Positions 34,009 through 49,000 of a stretch of 64,000 nt of DNA are shown here, in pieces. The DNA is from Flectonema sp. DT1601. Its lineage: Eukaryota. A program made the position numbers and the translations under genes. Every line of letters starts with the position of its first letter. The first letter of the stretch is position 1. The stretch covers positions 744,001 to 808,000 of the forward strand of contig OZ025804.1 in NCBI GenBank assembly GCA_964019425.1. Reading direction: 5' to 3'. The notes below the pieces were generated by a model. It did no database searches, was not told the origin of the DNA, and saw only the letters and a program-made list of their open reading frames with translations.

Positions 34009-35190
34009 ATGGCCACCAGAGAATACTCAAACAAGAAGAGGGGGTTCTTCGTCAAGATGAACGAGTACCTCGACACCTACGACAAGATCGTCGTCGTTAG
34101 TTGTGACAACGTGACCTCCCGTCAGTTTAACACCATGCGTATTGGTATGCGTAAGAAGGGAGAGCTTCCACTTGAGGGAAAGATCCTCATGGGTAAGAAC
34201 ACCATGATGAAGAAGGTTCTTCAGCAGCGTGCGGACGCTGACCCTGAGAACGCCCTCAAGCAGCTTCAGCTTGAACGTTTCGGAGAGATGTTGAAGTTGA
34301 ACCGTGGTCTCATTTTCACCAACGGTATGTGTTTGTTGTTTTTTACAGAAAGTTCCTCTTCAGATTTGTTGCTTTTATTTTTGCAGCAGGGACACGGAGT
34401 TACGGTCCGTTTGGTTTTGAAACAAGCAACTTCAAACAGATGACCTTACTCAGGTCATGAAGATGGTTGAGGAGAACGTTGTTCAGTCCCAGGCTCGTGT
34501 TGGATCTGTTGCTCCATGTGACGTCAAGGTCCCAGCCGGTATCACTTCCCTTGAACCTGGTCAGACCTCATTCTTCCAGGCCTTGAACATCCACACCAAG
34601 ATTACCAAGGGAACCATTGAGATGTTGAACGAAGTTCACCTTATCACCAAGGGTGAGAAGGTCGGACCTTCCGAGGCCACCCTTCTCCAGAAGATGAAGA
34701 TCAACCCATTCTACTACGGACTTGTGGTATGTGATTGTTGTTTTTATTCTTCTTCTGTGTACATCTGATTTCTTCTGAACAAAACGAAAACCACCACCAA
34801 CAGATGGAGGAGATCTACGACCAGGGATCATTCTACAGCCCGAAGGTGTTGAGGATGTCTGCTGACGACAAGGAACAGATGGTTCGCAGAGGTATCAACC
34901 AGGTTCTTGGTCTTTCCCTTGGACTTGGATGGACTACCGAGGCCTCGTTCCCACACGTTGCCCTCAACGCCTTCAAGAACATCTTTTCCATCTCTTTGGG
35001 AACTGACTACGACTTTGAGGCATTCGGAGCGGCACAGCTCAAGCAGGACATCAAGGAAGGAAAGGTTTCCAGTGCCCCTGCTGCCGGTAGCAGTGCACCA
35101 GCTGACAGCAAGCCAGCTGCCGCCGCCGCCGCTGCCCCAGCTGACGACGAAGATGAGGATGACTGTGACTTCGGTGACATGTTTGATTAA
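34009..35190 (+). CDS. RPLP0: 60S acidic ribosomal protein P0, copy 2; introns 34325-34439, 34727-34803
   Basis: Near-identical to copy 1 (one E/D change in the acidic tail). Confidence 0.97.
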
Positions 35191-35570
35191 GCGCCTTGTT
35201 GATTTAACTTATTAACACTTTGCACAGACCTATTTAACTAACAGCTATCCAAACGTTGGTTATTATTAGCTTCACACATCAACTACTTTTGTTAATAAGA
35301 TTATTCTCTCTTCATGAGCTTATCGGGTTGTCTCTTTTTTTTGATTTTGTTTTCCCCGGCTTTTTCTTTTTTCGGGGGATAATGGAAAAAAAGAAACAAA
35401 GTATCTGTGTTTGACAACGTGACGTAATAAAACCATTATTTTTTTACAGGTACAAGCTTCAGCAGCAATCGTTTCTTCTTGTTGGGATTGGGTATTTATT
35501 ATCTCAAGTAGTATTTTGACTTATAATTAATTTATTATTTCATCAACAGGGAACACGAGTCGCTAGCAAC

Positions 35571-36752
35571 ATGGCCACCAGAGAATACTCAAACAAGAAG
35601 AGGGGGTTCTTCGTCAAGATGAACGAGTACCTCGACACCTACGACAAGATCGTCGTCGTTAGTTGTGACAACGTGACCTCCCGTCAGTTTAACACCATGC
35701 GTATTGGTATGCGTAAGAAGGGAGAGCTTCCACTTGAGGGAAAGATCCTCATGGGTAAGAACACCATGATGAAGAAGGTTCTTCAGCAGCGTGCGGACGC
35801 TGACCCTGAGAACGCCCTCAAGCAGCTTCAGCTTGAACGTTTCGGAGAGATGTTGAAGTTGAACCGTGGTCTCATTTTCACCAACGGTATGTGTTTGTTG
35901 TTTTTTACAGAAAGTTCCTCTTCAGATTTGTTGCTTTTATTTTTGCAGCAGGGACACGGAGTTACGGTCCGTTTGGTTTTGAAACAAGCAACTTCAAACA
36001 GATGACCTTACTCAGGTCATGAAGATGGTTGAGGAGAACGTTGTTCAGTCCCAGGCTCGTGTTGGATCTGTTGCTCCATGTGACGTCAAGGTCCCAGCCG
36101 GTATCACTTCCCTTGAACCTGGTCAGACCTCATTCTTCCAGGCCTTGAACATCCACACCAAGATTACCAAGGGAACCATTGAGATGTTGAACGAAGTTCA
36201 CCTTATCACCAAGGGTGAGAAGGTCGGACCTTCCGAGGCCACCCTTCTCCAGAAGATGAAGATCAACCCATTCTACTACGGACTTGTGGTATGTGATTGT
36301 TGTTTTTATTCTTCTTCTGTGTACATCTGATTTCTTCTGAACAAAACGAAAACCACCACCAACAGATGGAGGAGATCTACGACCAGGGATCATTCTACAG
36401 CCCGAAGGTGTTGAGGATGTCTGCTGACGACAAGGAACAGATGGTTCGCAGAGGTATCAACCAGGTTCTTGGTCTTTCCCTTGGACTTGGATGGACTACC
36501 GAGGCCTCGTTCCCACACGTTGCCCTCAACGCCTTCAAGAACATCTTTTCCATCTCTTTGGGAACTGACTACGACTTTGAGGCATTCGGAGCGGCACAGC
36601 TCAAGCAGGACATCAAGGAAGGAAAGGTTTCCAGTGCCCCTGCTGCCGGTAGCAGTGCACCAGCTGACAGCAAGCCAGCTGCCGCCGCCGCCGCTGCCCC
36701 AGCTGACGAAGAAGATGAGGATGACTGTGACTTCGGTGACATGTTTGATTAA
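35571..36752 (+). CDS. RPLP0: 60S acidic ribosomal protein P0, copy 3; introns 35887-36001, 36289-36365
   Basis: Near-identical to copy 1. Confidence 0.97.
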
Positions 36753-36984
36753 GCGCCTTAGATTACTCTTCACTTGCAGTCTATTATATCAGACCAACAT
36801 CTAGGGCTGACCTGTTGAAGGGTTTTCTCGTTATTCTTTTGGGAAAAAAAACCAAATAACAAAAAAAAAAAAAAAAAAAAGAGCGAAAAGGAAACAAAAA
36901 AAAAAGTTCCAGAATCAATGCACTTTATAGGTATTTCAGACGTGAAGAATATTTTTGTTTGTTTTTCAGGAGGGGGGGATATTG

Positions 36985-37016
<32 letters not shown>

Positions 37017-37021
37017 CAAAG

Positions 37022-40000
37022 ATGGCAACTCCTCCCGCTGGCGGAAACCTTCCGCCACTGCCCGGAACGGCACCTCCACATGCAGGGAGAACAACTCCGG
37101 AAATGCTTGCAACAGTTGCCTGTGAGCGTGCAAAGGAACGAGGAGGAAAAGGTGTATCAAATAAGCTCCTCTCAAGATTATACTCAAATAGTAGTCATAC
37201 TGATGGTCACATGCCTAACATACTAACAAGTGTACAGAAGAAAGAAGAACACTTATCTGGTCAACAACGAGTATCTTCTGCTGGGCTACCCGGAGGACAA
37301 GAACAACAACTTCAAACAACTTCGTTAAGTATCACAAAAGTGAGACAGAAAGGTGTTCAAGATAATAATCAAGCATCTACTACTGCTGTTACTAGTGGAG
37401 TTGTTGGTATTCGAAAAATTAAAGAATCAGAATGGAAAGATATACTAACTAGCCCGAGACGTGACAACAGAGATAGAATCCTTCACAGTCGAGGTCATAC
37501 TCACACCAGACCAGATACAGCTGTAACAAGCTTATCTGTAACAACACGTGGAGGATTGATGTATGGATTATCACCTAGATCATATCAGGACCCTCAATCA
37601 CCAATGGGAGGATCAAGTGACTTAGATGCGACTAGCGACGCTGATTACATTAACCCCGCTGATGATGAGTCCTCTCCGTTTTCATTTATCCGACGTGTTA
37701 TGAAAGGTGATCCTATGGGTAAGTTTGTTTACCTCGCTATTAAACATCAAGATATACGACAGCCATACGATCCATACAATCTAGCAGTTGTAAATCACAA
37801 AGAAACAAACCCTTCAAATTATTTCACAATGGCAAAGGAAGGAGTCACTCATGTTCAAAATGGAGAAGCTGATTTCCTTCCTCTTGATCAGTGGGTTAAG
37901 GAACATGGTATCTTTCAACAAATTCTACAAATTGGATTCTTTTCGAAGTATAGAAGGTGGAAAACTTTTTACACCTGGAGGAACCACGTAAGGAGAACTA
38001 GAATATCGTCTTTTAAGACTTTCTTAGAGGATAATCTCTTTATATTAAATCCTGACCTATCTCCTTCACAACTTCAAGTCCGTAAAATCTGCCAAGAACT
38101 GCTTCAGCTTCAACTATATGCTCCGGTACAAGAGACGAAGACGTTAGAGTCGTACGGTGAGTTGCAAAGTAGGAATAGAGATATTCAGGCAAAGAGACTT
38201 GATCAAAAAATAAATCAAATAAAAGAAATAATAAGCAGCGCATGTAAAGCAGCGATGTCGTCGAGTACTCCTCCAGTAGTTCATCATTCTGTTGGTGATG
38301 AACGAAGTGATGTGAAAGATCAAAATACTGAAGTGCAAACTCATAGCTCTCCATCTCAAAATCAACCACATCGTCAAACATATATCGAATTATCTCAAAA
38401 ACGAGCGATTTGTAGACGACTGACATCATTTATTCGACTCTGCGATTATATGGTAGTTGACTCTTTAGTTAATCTGGCTATGAAGAGTGTTGAAGAAGTA
38501 AAAGACTCTGTCTTGTATCCAAAAGAATCAGACGAAGTCACAACATACCAAGAAGAAGACACAGACGTCTCTGGTGATGAACAAACACCACGAGGCGTGA
38601 GATCTGCTCATGAATTAGCATTAGAAGCGGCTGGGGTTTCAACAGGTACGATGGCTACGAGACATACTCAGGATGCGGGTCCGTTCAGAGGTCCAGTTCA
38701 TTTTATTGACATCCTTCTGGTTGATGATAGCATTATTATTCAACCTAATCTTGAAAGTTTTATTTTTAAAGCTGAATCTGTTGTAAAGAAATTCACTGAA
38801 ACAATCGTACGAGTCGAACGCTTTGCTCAAATGCAATGCTTCGCTCCGTACACATCACACGCAGCATCTGACCATCCTGGAGATGCAGAGTTGGGTGTTG
38901 GTCCTGATGTTAATGATATGGTAACTGGAGAGGATACGTATAGGGGTTTGGTTCACACTATAAAGTCATCATTGCAAGCGGCATTCGCTGATGTTGAAGA
39001 TTATGCGATGAAATTTGAACCATTTAAGAAAATGTTTATTGAAAACAGACGAGTTGACCCTCATCAAATCAAACAAGACGATCCACCACTCGATTGGTTT
39101 CGAGATGAACGTCAAAAATATCAACTTCAGCAACAAGACATTGAGAAGCTACCTAGTCAACAAGATGTTTCTATTTTCACTGCTAAAACAGAAAAATTAA
39201 AAAGAGTACTATCCCCGTCACCAGTTCGTTGCCTTGACGAGGTTGAGTTACTACTACCGCAGATTGCAAAAGAGAAGAATGATTCACTCATGGCTGAGGT
39301 CACAGATGCTAATAAAAGACTTGAAGCTGAGGCAACAACAGTTGAGGAGTTCGTTGAGTTCATCAGGTTTCATACTCAGATGACTACTCGAATTGATCAA
39401 GTTAATCAACAATACGATGCAATTCAAGAAATGTATCTCCTAATCATGACAGATTTAGATGTCAAAGGGCCAACTACTCACGAAGATCATCTTGGATTTA
39501 CAGAAGGAACAGGTCCAGCTGTCGTAAAGGTAAGACAGATGATTGCATCAGTAGAAGACACAAAAGATAACTTAACCAGACTATTCTCAAAGAATATTGA
39601 TGTTCAGTATGATAAGTTAAAAGATAACATCGCATCTGTAATGGAAAGAGGAAAGAATCCAATTATTGATGACGAAGACGCTGACATGAATGAAGTCATC
39701 GCATACGTTGAAGACTTGGCAAAAGAAATGGAAGTAATCAAAGCAAGAGAACGAGAGTTAGCAGGATTTCAAGAACTCATCGATTCTGGTAGAGAACCAG
39801 GTAGGATAGCTGACTCTGATATCAGTCTTGAAGAGGAATTGATGGAAGTCTACAGAAACGTAAACGATAAATTAAAGCTATGGACATCCCTCAGAGACTG
39901 GCAAGTCCTCACAGCAGAATGGAGTGAAACAGTTATAGAGAATTTAGTAGCAGCAAACGTTGAGGCTGATGTTTTAAAATTCGACAAAGCCGTTCGTCAA

Positions 40001-43000
40001 GTTGACAGAACCCTCAAAGGGAATCCAGTGGTCCCGAAACTAAGAGGAATGGTTGATGAGTTTAGACTAACACTTCCAGTAATTGCTTGTCTTAAGAATC
40101 CTAATCTAAAAGAACATCACTGGACTGCTATTGACGACATCGTTGGTAGAATGCTAAGTCAAGATCCGACATACACTCTCGGTGTTCTTATGAATTTAAA
40201 AGTTATGGATCTGAAAGAAGAAATTCAACAAGTCTCTAACCAGGCCACTCAAGAACAACAGTTAGATGAAATGCTTAGTACTGTTCAGAAGCGTTGGCAA
40301 TCTGTTGAGTTTGCTATTAATCCTTACAAAGAACAAAAGGATACATACATACTCGGATCTGTTGAAGAGATTATGACACACTTAGAAGACAGCAGCGTCG
40401 TAATCGCAACTATCGCCTCAAACAGGTTCTGTACTGGAGGACTACGAAGGAGAGTTGAAGTCTGGGAGAGTGATATGAGATTTATGACCGAGACTCTCGA
40501 CAAGTGGTTAGAAGTTCAAAGAAAATGGATGTACCTGGAGTCTATATTCTCACACAAAGAACTCCAACAGCAATGGCCAGAAGACGCACGAGCATTCCTT
40601 GGGGTTGATAAGGGGTTTAGAGAACTGATGAAACGAACAGCCGGAAATCCTGGAACCAGAAACGCTCTAACCCAATCAAACTACAGCCTCCTCGCGCAAT
40701 GCAAGAAGGATATTGACTCCCTTGAGAGAATAGAAAAGCGTTTGGAAGAAAAACTTGATCAGAAGAGGAGATTGTTTCCACGTTTTTACTTGCTTTCTAA
40801 CGATGACTTGTTGGATATATTAGCGCAGATTAGGAACCCAGACAAACTTGGTCCTCATATGTTAAAAATGTTTGACAACATTAAGAAACTCACCATTTCC
40901 GAATCTGCTGACGTCACTCACATTAACAGCGCTGAAGGAGAACAAGTAGCACTCGTTAAACAATTTAAAGCAAGAGGACCAGTTGAGAAATGGTTAGGTG
41001 AGACAGAGCTATCAATGGTTCAGTCTCTTCGTCGACAAGCAAAACTATGCTGGGAAGACTTTGAGATACGTTCAAGAATGACCTGGATATTTCATCATCC
41101 TGCGCAGTTAGTTTTGGTTGTATCTCAAATCTCATGGGGAAAAGGAGCAGAAGCAGCAATTCAAAACGGAACACTTCGACAATACGAAGAAGAGAATAAA
41201 ATCCAACTAAAAGAACTGGCTGTTGCTACTGGTCAAGATCTGGACTTCGTATCAAGATCGATGTTAAGAACATTAATCACACTTGACGTTCACGGAAGAG
41301 ATTTGATATCTGAAATGGCTGAAAGTAAAATTGACAGAACTGACTCCTTTGGTTGGCAGAAACAACTTCGATGCTACTGGGAGAGAACAGATGAGAATGA
41401 TAACCACGGAGATGTTGTGATCAGACAGAACACATCAATGTTTGTGTACGGATATGAATATTTAGGAGCCATGGGTAGACTTGTCATCACCCCACTCACT
41501 GACAGAGTCTTTATGACTATCACAGGAGCTTTACACATGTGTCTTGGCACTGCTCCATCTGGACCAGCTGGAACAGGAAAAACGGAATCTGTTAAAGATT
41601 TAGCGAAGGGATTGGGAAGGCAATGCATTGTTTACAATTGTTCTGATGGTGTGACGTACAGTATGATGGAAACTTTCTTTTCTGGATTATGTCAGACTGG
41701 AGCGTGGTGTTGCCTTGATGAATTCAACAGAATTGGAATAGAAGTTCTCTCGGTGATCGCATCCCAACTCCATGAAGTACGAGGAGCTCTATTACAACAA
41801 AAGAGCGACCCATCATTTAAAACATTTACCTTCCAAGGACAACCTCAAATTGATCTAAAATCAACATTTGGTTGCTGCATCACAATGAATCCTGGTTATG
41901 CTGGACGTACCGAACTACCTGATAATTTAAAAGCTTTATTCAGACCCATCTCAGTAATGACACCAGATTTCAGAATGATTGCTGAGGTTATATTATTCTC
42001 AGAGGGTTTCGGTAACGCAACCAACCTATCATTGAAAATAACACAGCTATACAAACTTAGCTCTGAACAACTTAGTAGTCAACACCACTATGATTTTGGT
42101 ATGAGAGCATTAAAGAGTATTTTGGTAATGGCAGGTGACTTGAAGAGATCTCAACCAGAAGTTCATGAAGACTTGACTCTAATCATAGCTTGCAATGATT
42201 CGAATATCCCTAAGTTTGTTGCTGACGACATTCCTCTATTTAAAGGTATCATGAGTGATCTGTTTCCTGGTGTCACTATTCCTGTTAGAAACTATGAAGA
42301 ATTTTTAGGAGAACTAACGACGACAATGAGAAAAGGAAAGCTGCAAATGGTTCCGACTTATGTAAGTAAAATATTTCAACTTTATGAAACGCTAATTGTA
42401 AGACATGGAGTCATGACTGTTGGTGTCGCTGGTTCAGGGAAATCAACAGCTAGGCAAAGCCTTGCTGATACTCTCATCGGATTGTGTGAAAAGAAATCAA
42501 CAAACCCTCAAGCAAAACTTGTAAAACAACACATCATGAATCCAAAAAGTATTTTCATGTCTGAGCTCTACGGATCGATAGATTTAAACACAAATGAGTG
42601 GCAAGACGGAATCTTACCACTCGTCGTAAAGCAATGCAGACAACTAAATGATGCTGGAGGAGAAGGTAGTAATGATCACAGATGGATAGTATTTGATGGT
42701 CCTGTTGACACTTTATGGGTTGAAAGTATGAACTCTGTTCTTGACGATTCTAAATTATTATGTTTAGATAACGGTGTTAGAATACGTCTTCCAGACACGA
42801 TTCACATGGTCTTTGAGGTAGCTGACTTGGCTGTTGCTTCTCCAGCAACAGTTTCGAGATGTGGAATGGTCTATATGGATTTCATTGAACTGGGATGGCT
42901 ACCAACTGTTCACACCTGGCTTGAAATTCACATGACTTCTTTACTCGGACCCAAGGGAATCGCTCACCTTCAAAAACTGTTCGAAGAAAAATTAAAAAAA

Positions 43001-46000
43001 GGACTAAAGTGGTTGAACACCTGCGCCAAACAATTAATAATAGGAAGCGAACAGAACATGACTAGAAGTTGTTGTGATTTATATCATGCGTTATGCACGA
43101 CGCAAGATGTTGTGTTTCCAGCTGAAGAACAACTTGCTGAAGGTCAAGAAGAAGAAGAAGCCATTCAAAGAGAGAGAAGAGAATTAATAAACGTGATATT
43201 CGCGTTCTGTTTTATTTGGACTATTGGAGGTAACGTTGATGACAAGTCCAGGGAATCATTCGACCAGTTCACGAGGGAAGCTCTCGACGATGTTATCCTC
43301 CTCTCAGGACCTAATTCTGTATTTGATTATCACGTCGATTTTAAAAACAGGAATTTCGTTTTATGGGAAAAATCGGTACCGAAATTCACATACGATCCGA
43401 AGCTGCCATATTTCGATATTTTAGTTCCGACGGTTGACACTTATAGATATTCATTTTTGTTGAAAACGCTTTTGAAATGCAAGAAACCAGTCTTGTTCTC
43501 GGGACAATCGGGAACTGGAAAAAGCATAATCGTACAGCAAACTCTAATCCAAAGCCAAGACGAACTCGCTCTACTCAACGTCGTTATTCAATTCTCAGCA
43601 AAAACATCTGCACCGCGAACACAGGAAATGATAGAATCAAAGCTTAAAGCCAAAAGAAAAAACTTATTAGGAGCCCCAATGATCGAAGGTGTTCAAAGAG
43701 TCGTCTCTCTATTTATTGATGATTTGAATATGCCGGCTTTGGAAGTATTTGGAGCGTCACCACCTGTTGAACTGGTTCGTCAAATGATTGGAAATGGTGG
43801 ATTTTATGATAGAAAATATTTATTTTGGAAAGCAGTTCAGGAAGTTGTTGTTCTTGCGGCATGTGGACCTCCTGAGGGAGGCAGATCTCAGGTCACTCCC
43901 CGGTTGGTTAGATTTTTCCACCTTCTCCAAATACCTAACTTATCAGAGGAATCAATGACTAAGATATTCCAATCCATTTTAAATGGTTTCTTCTCAACTC
44001 AAAACTTCTCATCTGAAATTCTCGAGATCATCAAACCCATGGTAGAAGGAGCAGTTGATGTTTACAATACAATAAGAGACGTTCTTCGACCAAGACCTGC
44101 AAAGGCGCATTACACGTTCAACTTAAGAGATTTAAGTAAAGTATTTCAGGGAATCATGCAGGTAGTCCCAAGGAATTGCTCGACTAATCAGCAAGCTGTC
44201 CGTCTGTGGATTCATGAAAACTGTCGTTGTTACTTTGATAGACTTGTTAACAATACAGATAGACAATATTTTACTGAAGAAATCATAATGCCGGTCATTC
44301 AAAGAAAATTCGCATGTGCTTCGAAGTTTACTCATAAACAACTTTTTGAGGAATCTCATATTATTTGGGGTGACTTCTTGAAACCGACGGTACCAGTTGA
44401 CGAAAGACTTTACGAAGAGTGCCATGATCTGAAGAAGCTACCGAGAGTGTTTGAGGAGTACCTCGACGACTTTAATTTAAATACACAAAAAGTAATGCAA
44501 CTCGTCTTTTTCAGTGACCACTGCTACCACCTCTCGAGGATAGTCAGAATAATTAGACAGCCTCGAGGAAATGCACTTCTAGTAGGTGTTGGTGGATCTG
44601 GGAAGCAATCACTAACACGACTTGCTGCATCAATTGCGGATTATCAAGTCTTTCAAATTGAAGTAAATTCAAAGTACAGTCTGGATAAATTTCATGAAGA
44701 CTTGTTAGTGTTATATCAGATAGCAGGTATTGATAGGAGGTCAGTTGTTTTCTTATTCAACGACAGTCAGATTGTCGATGAGGGAATGGTTGAAGACGTT
44801 AATAATATGCTCAACTCTGGTGAAGTTCCTTCACTGTTTACTGTTGAGGAAAAAGATAAGAAAATCAACCAATCCATGGAGGCTGCTCGTGAAGCTGGAA
44901 TGGGATCTTCCAGAGATGAGGTGTATTCATTCTTCATAAGTAGGGTCAGAGATAATCTTCATATTGTTTTAGGTATGTCTCCAGTAGGCGATGCATTCAG
45001 AACCAGATGCAGAAACTTTCCATCTCTAACAAACTGTTGCTCTGTTGATTGGTTTGATGAATGGCCTTCCGATGCCCTTCATCAAGTCGCACACAGACAA
45101 TTCGTTGAAAGTTCTGAATTCGATTTTACTGTTTTTGGAAAAGAGAACTCATCCCTACCTGATAAACTAGTAAAGCTATGCGTCGTAGTTCATCATTCCG
45201 TTATCAATGTAGCTACTCGATTTTATGAAGAACTTCGTAGACATTATTATATTACTCCTACTTCTTATCTCGAGTTTATAAATCTTTATATCGGTCTTCT
45301 TGAAGATAAATATAAAGAAGTTGGTGAACAACTAGCAAAGCTTAAAGGAGGTTCAGAAAAAATGTGTGACACAAATACCTTTATCGCCGTTAAGAAGAAG
45401 GAAATCGCCGAGCAACAGCCTCTGCTCGAAGAAGCAGCTCAAAAGAATACAAAACTGATGGCTGTCTTAAAAGTTAGACAAGAAAAAGCCAATGCCGTTA
45501 ACATTACTGTTTCTGCACAAGAAACAGAAGCGTCTGAACAACAAAAAGTTGCTGCGGCTTTAAAGGCTGAAGCTCATGCCGATCTGGCCGAAGCAATGCC
45601 TCAGTTGGAAGCAGCTGAACGTTCTTTGCAATCTCTCGATAAACAATCCATTAATGAGATAAAAAGTTATTCAAACCCTCCGAAAGCCGTAGAAATAACA
45701 ATGCAAGCGGTAATGATACTCTTAGACGAGGGTAAATATGAATGGAAGAAAGCAAAAGATCTCTTAGGAAGAGGAAACTTCATGCAGCTACTATTTGACT
45801 ATGATAAAGACCACATACCAAAAGTATTGATTACGAGAGTTGCAAAGTTCTGTAACGATGAAGACTTCTCTCCTGACAAAGTTGAAAAAGGAGGATCTCA
45901 AGCAACTAAAGTTCTCTGCATCTGGTGCCACGCAATGTATAAATATTATCACGTATCACTGGTAGTCGAACCTAAACGAAAAGCATTAGAAAAGGCACAG

Positions 46001-49000
46001 TCAGACTTAGAAGTGACTAACAGCAAACTACAACAGGCTCAAAAAGCTTTAAAAACAGTACAAGATGAACTGAGTGTCTTACAAGAGGAATTTGATGGAT
46101 CTGTTAAAGAAAAAGAAGTTCTCGAAGAATCGATTGAAAGAAGTATTCGTCAACTTGGTAACGCTGAAGTCCTAACAGAATCACTTGGATCTGAAACAGA
46201 GAGATGGTCATCACAGATAGAAGAACTCGAGAAGGAGGTATCAAAACTCCCTGGAGACGTGTTCTTAGCAGGAGCCTCAATTGTTTATTTCGGAGCTTTC
46301 ACACCCGTGTTTAGACAAGCTGTTGTAAAGTTATGGTTAGAAGCAGCCATTGAGTTAGACGTCCCAATATCTGATAATTACAGCCTCGTAAAAACATTAG
46401 CCGACCCCATGCAAGTTAGAGATTGGCAAATCCACTCCCTTCCGACAGACTCTACTAGTAGTGAGAATGCTGTCTTGTGTATAGCTTCTTGTGAAAGTAC
46501 AAAGTTATCTCGTTGGCCCTTGATGATCGATCCACAAGGTCAAGCAGCAAAGTGGATTCGAGCTGAACAAAGTCGAAAAGGATTAAAAGTTATAAAAATG
46601 ACTGATCCGAAATACATTCACGTCCTAGCTCAGGCTATTCGAAACGGAACACCAATTCTCATTGATGAGGTAGGTGAGACTCTCGACCCCGCTCTTGAAT
46701 CTGTTTTACTAAAACAAGTTTACGTCGTTGATGGCCAACCGATGATCAATATCGGAGGCGCTGACCATGCCGTAAAGTACGATCCTCTCTTCCGTCTTTA
46801 CATGACAACTAAAATAGCGAATCCTCACTACCTTCCTGAGGTCTGTATCAAAGTCACACTCATAAACTTCACCGTGACGATGGAGGGATTGGAAGACCAG
46901 ATGCTCGGAGACGTCGTTTCCATCGAAAAAAGTGTCCTCGAAGAGCAGAAGAGTAAAGTGTTGAAGTCGGTAGCTGATGCGAAAAAACGTAAAAAAAATT
47001 TAGAAAACCAAATTTTGGAAAAATTAGAATCCGCCCAAGGAAACGTTCTCGACGAACCTGAAATAATCAAAGCCCTGAAGCAATCTCAGAGCAACGGAAC
47101 CGTTTTGGTTAAACAGCTTGCAGAAGCGGAGGAAAAAGAGAAAACTATCAACGACGCGAGAGAAGAATATCGATTGGTCGCTAAGCGAAGTGCTATTTTA
47201 TATTTCGTAACCGCGGACTTACCCCTAATTGACCCAATGTATCAGTATTCTTTAGACTATTTTAAGAGAATCGTCCGACAAGTCATTGAACAGAGCCCAA
47301 AGCATCCAACAATAACAGAACACTTGTCTCACTTAATCGAATCGGTAACAGAAACTATTTATAGAGCGATCTGCAGAGGTCTTTTCAATAGACATAAAGT
47401 TGTGTTTAGTTTGATGTTGTCTTCATCAGTTTCTCGTGGAGCCGGTTCAATAACTGAAGCAGAATGGTTATTCTTTAACAGACCAGCGTCATTTGTTAGA
47501 AATGCATCAGAGAGAGATCCTATCCCAAAGGACCTTCGAGTTCAAGAAGCCTCTTGGAGCTTTGCTGATGCTCTTTGTAAGGTATCGACAAACTTATCAA
47601 ATATTACATCTGATATAAAAAATAGAAGTAAACTTTGGATTGACTGGCTAGCTCTTGACTCACCTCAAGACGCTCGTCTTCCTGGAGAGGGTACCGAACT
47701 TGATTGGGAAGAAAAATGTACTCCATTTCAAAAATGTATTATAATGAGATGTTTTAGAGAAGAGAAGATAACCATGCAGCTCCTTCATTTGATTGAATCT
47801 GACCTCGGAGCGAAGTATGTCGAACCTCCAACTTTTGATCTAAAGGTAGCATTCCAAGACTCGGCAGTTGACCGTCCAGTTATTTTTATATTATCTCAGG
47901 GATCTGATCCGACTGAAGGATTTTTAAAATGGGCTGCAGACTATGGAAAAAAAGTTAGATACGTAGCCCTTGGTCAAGGCCAAGAAGGCCCTGCCCGACG
48001 CCTCGTCGAATCCGGAAAAAAAGCTGGTGATTGGATCCTCCTACAAAACTGTCACCTTGGTAAGAGTTTTATGATGGAGCTGCAGGACATTGTGGCTAAT
48101 CTCGACCCTTCTGATAAACAAATAAAAGATGGATTTCGAATGTGGTTGACGTCCATGCCGGTTAACTATTTCCCAATTCCTATATTACAAAATTCAATAA
48201 AAATTACCAACGAAGCTCCTTCTGGAATAAAGGCGAATATGAAACGTTGTTATGCAGACCTGACTGATAGTGATATCTGTCATTTTGATGATAGAGGTCA
48301 ATGGTCTGACTTAACAACTGGACACAACAGATCAGGTGCTTATAAAAAACTTCTCTACGGAATGTGCTTTTTTCATTCAACCATCTTGGAAAGAAGGAAA
48401 TTTGGTCCACTTGGATGGAATACTCCTTATGAATGGAACGAAACAGACTTAGTTGTGTCCAGAGACTGGCTTCGTCTATTTCTAAGCCAAGACTCAGTTC
48501 CATGGGATTCGATGGCTTATATTATTGGTGAGATTAATTATGGAGGTCGTGTTACGGATCCTCTTGACAGACTTTGCTTAGCATCGATTCTTCAGACGTA
48601 TTTCACTGTTGATATTCTAAGTGATGACTACACATTCAGTCAATCAGGAACATACCATGCTCCTTCAAATGGGGGTCTTGATATGTACCGAACGAAGATT
48701 GCAGAGCTTCCCAGAATTGATGAACCGGAAGTGTTTGGAATGCACTCGAATGCTTCATTGAGATATCAATTACAAGAAAGTCAACAACTTTTAAAAACTT
48801 TGTTAGCAATTCAACCAAGAGCGAGTTCAAAAGGTGCCGGCATATCACCAGAAGATATGGTGAAAACTAAAGCTGCTGAGACTTTAGATGTTCTTCCTTC
48901 ACTTTTAAATCTCGAAGACGCTGGTCCGAAATCTCTGATTACAATGGAGAATGGAGTTCCAAACTCCTTATCAACAGTCTTACGACATGAAGTAGAAAAG

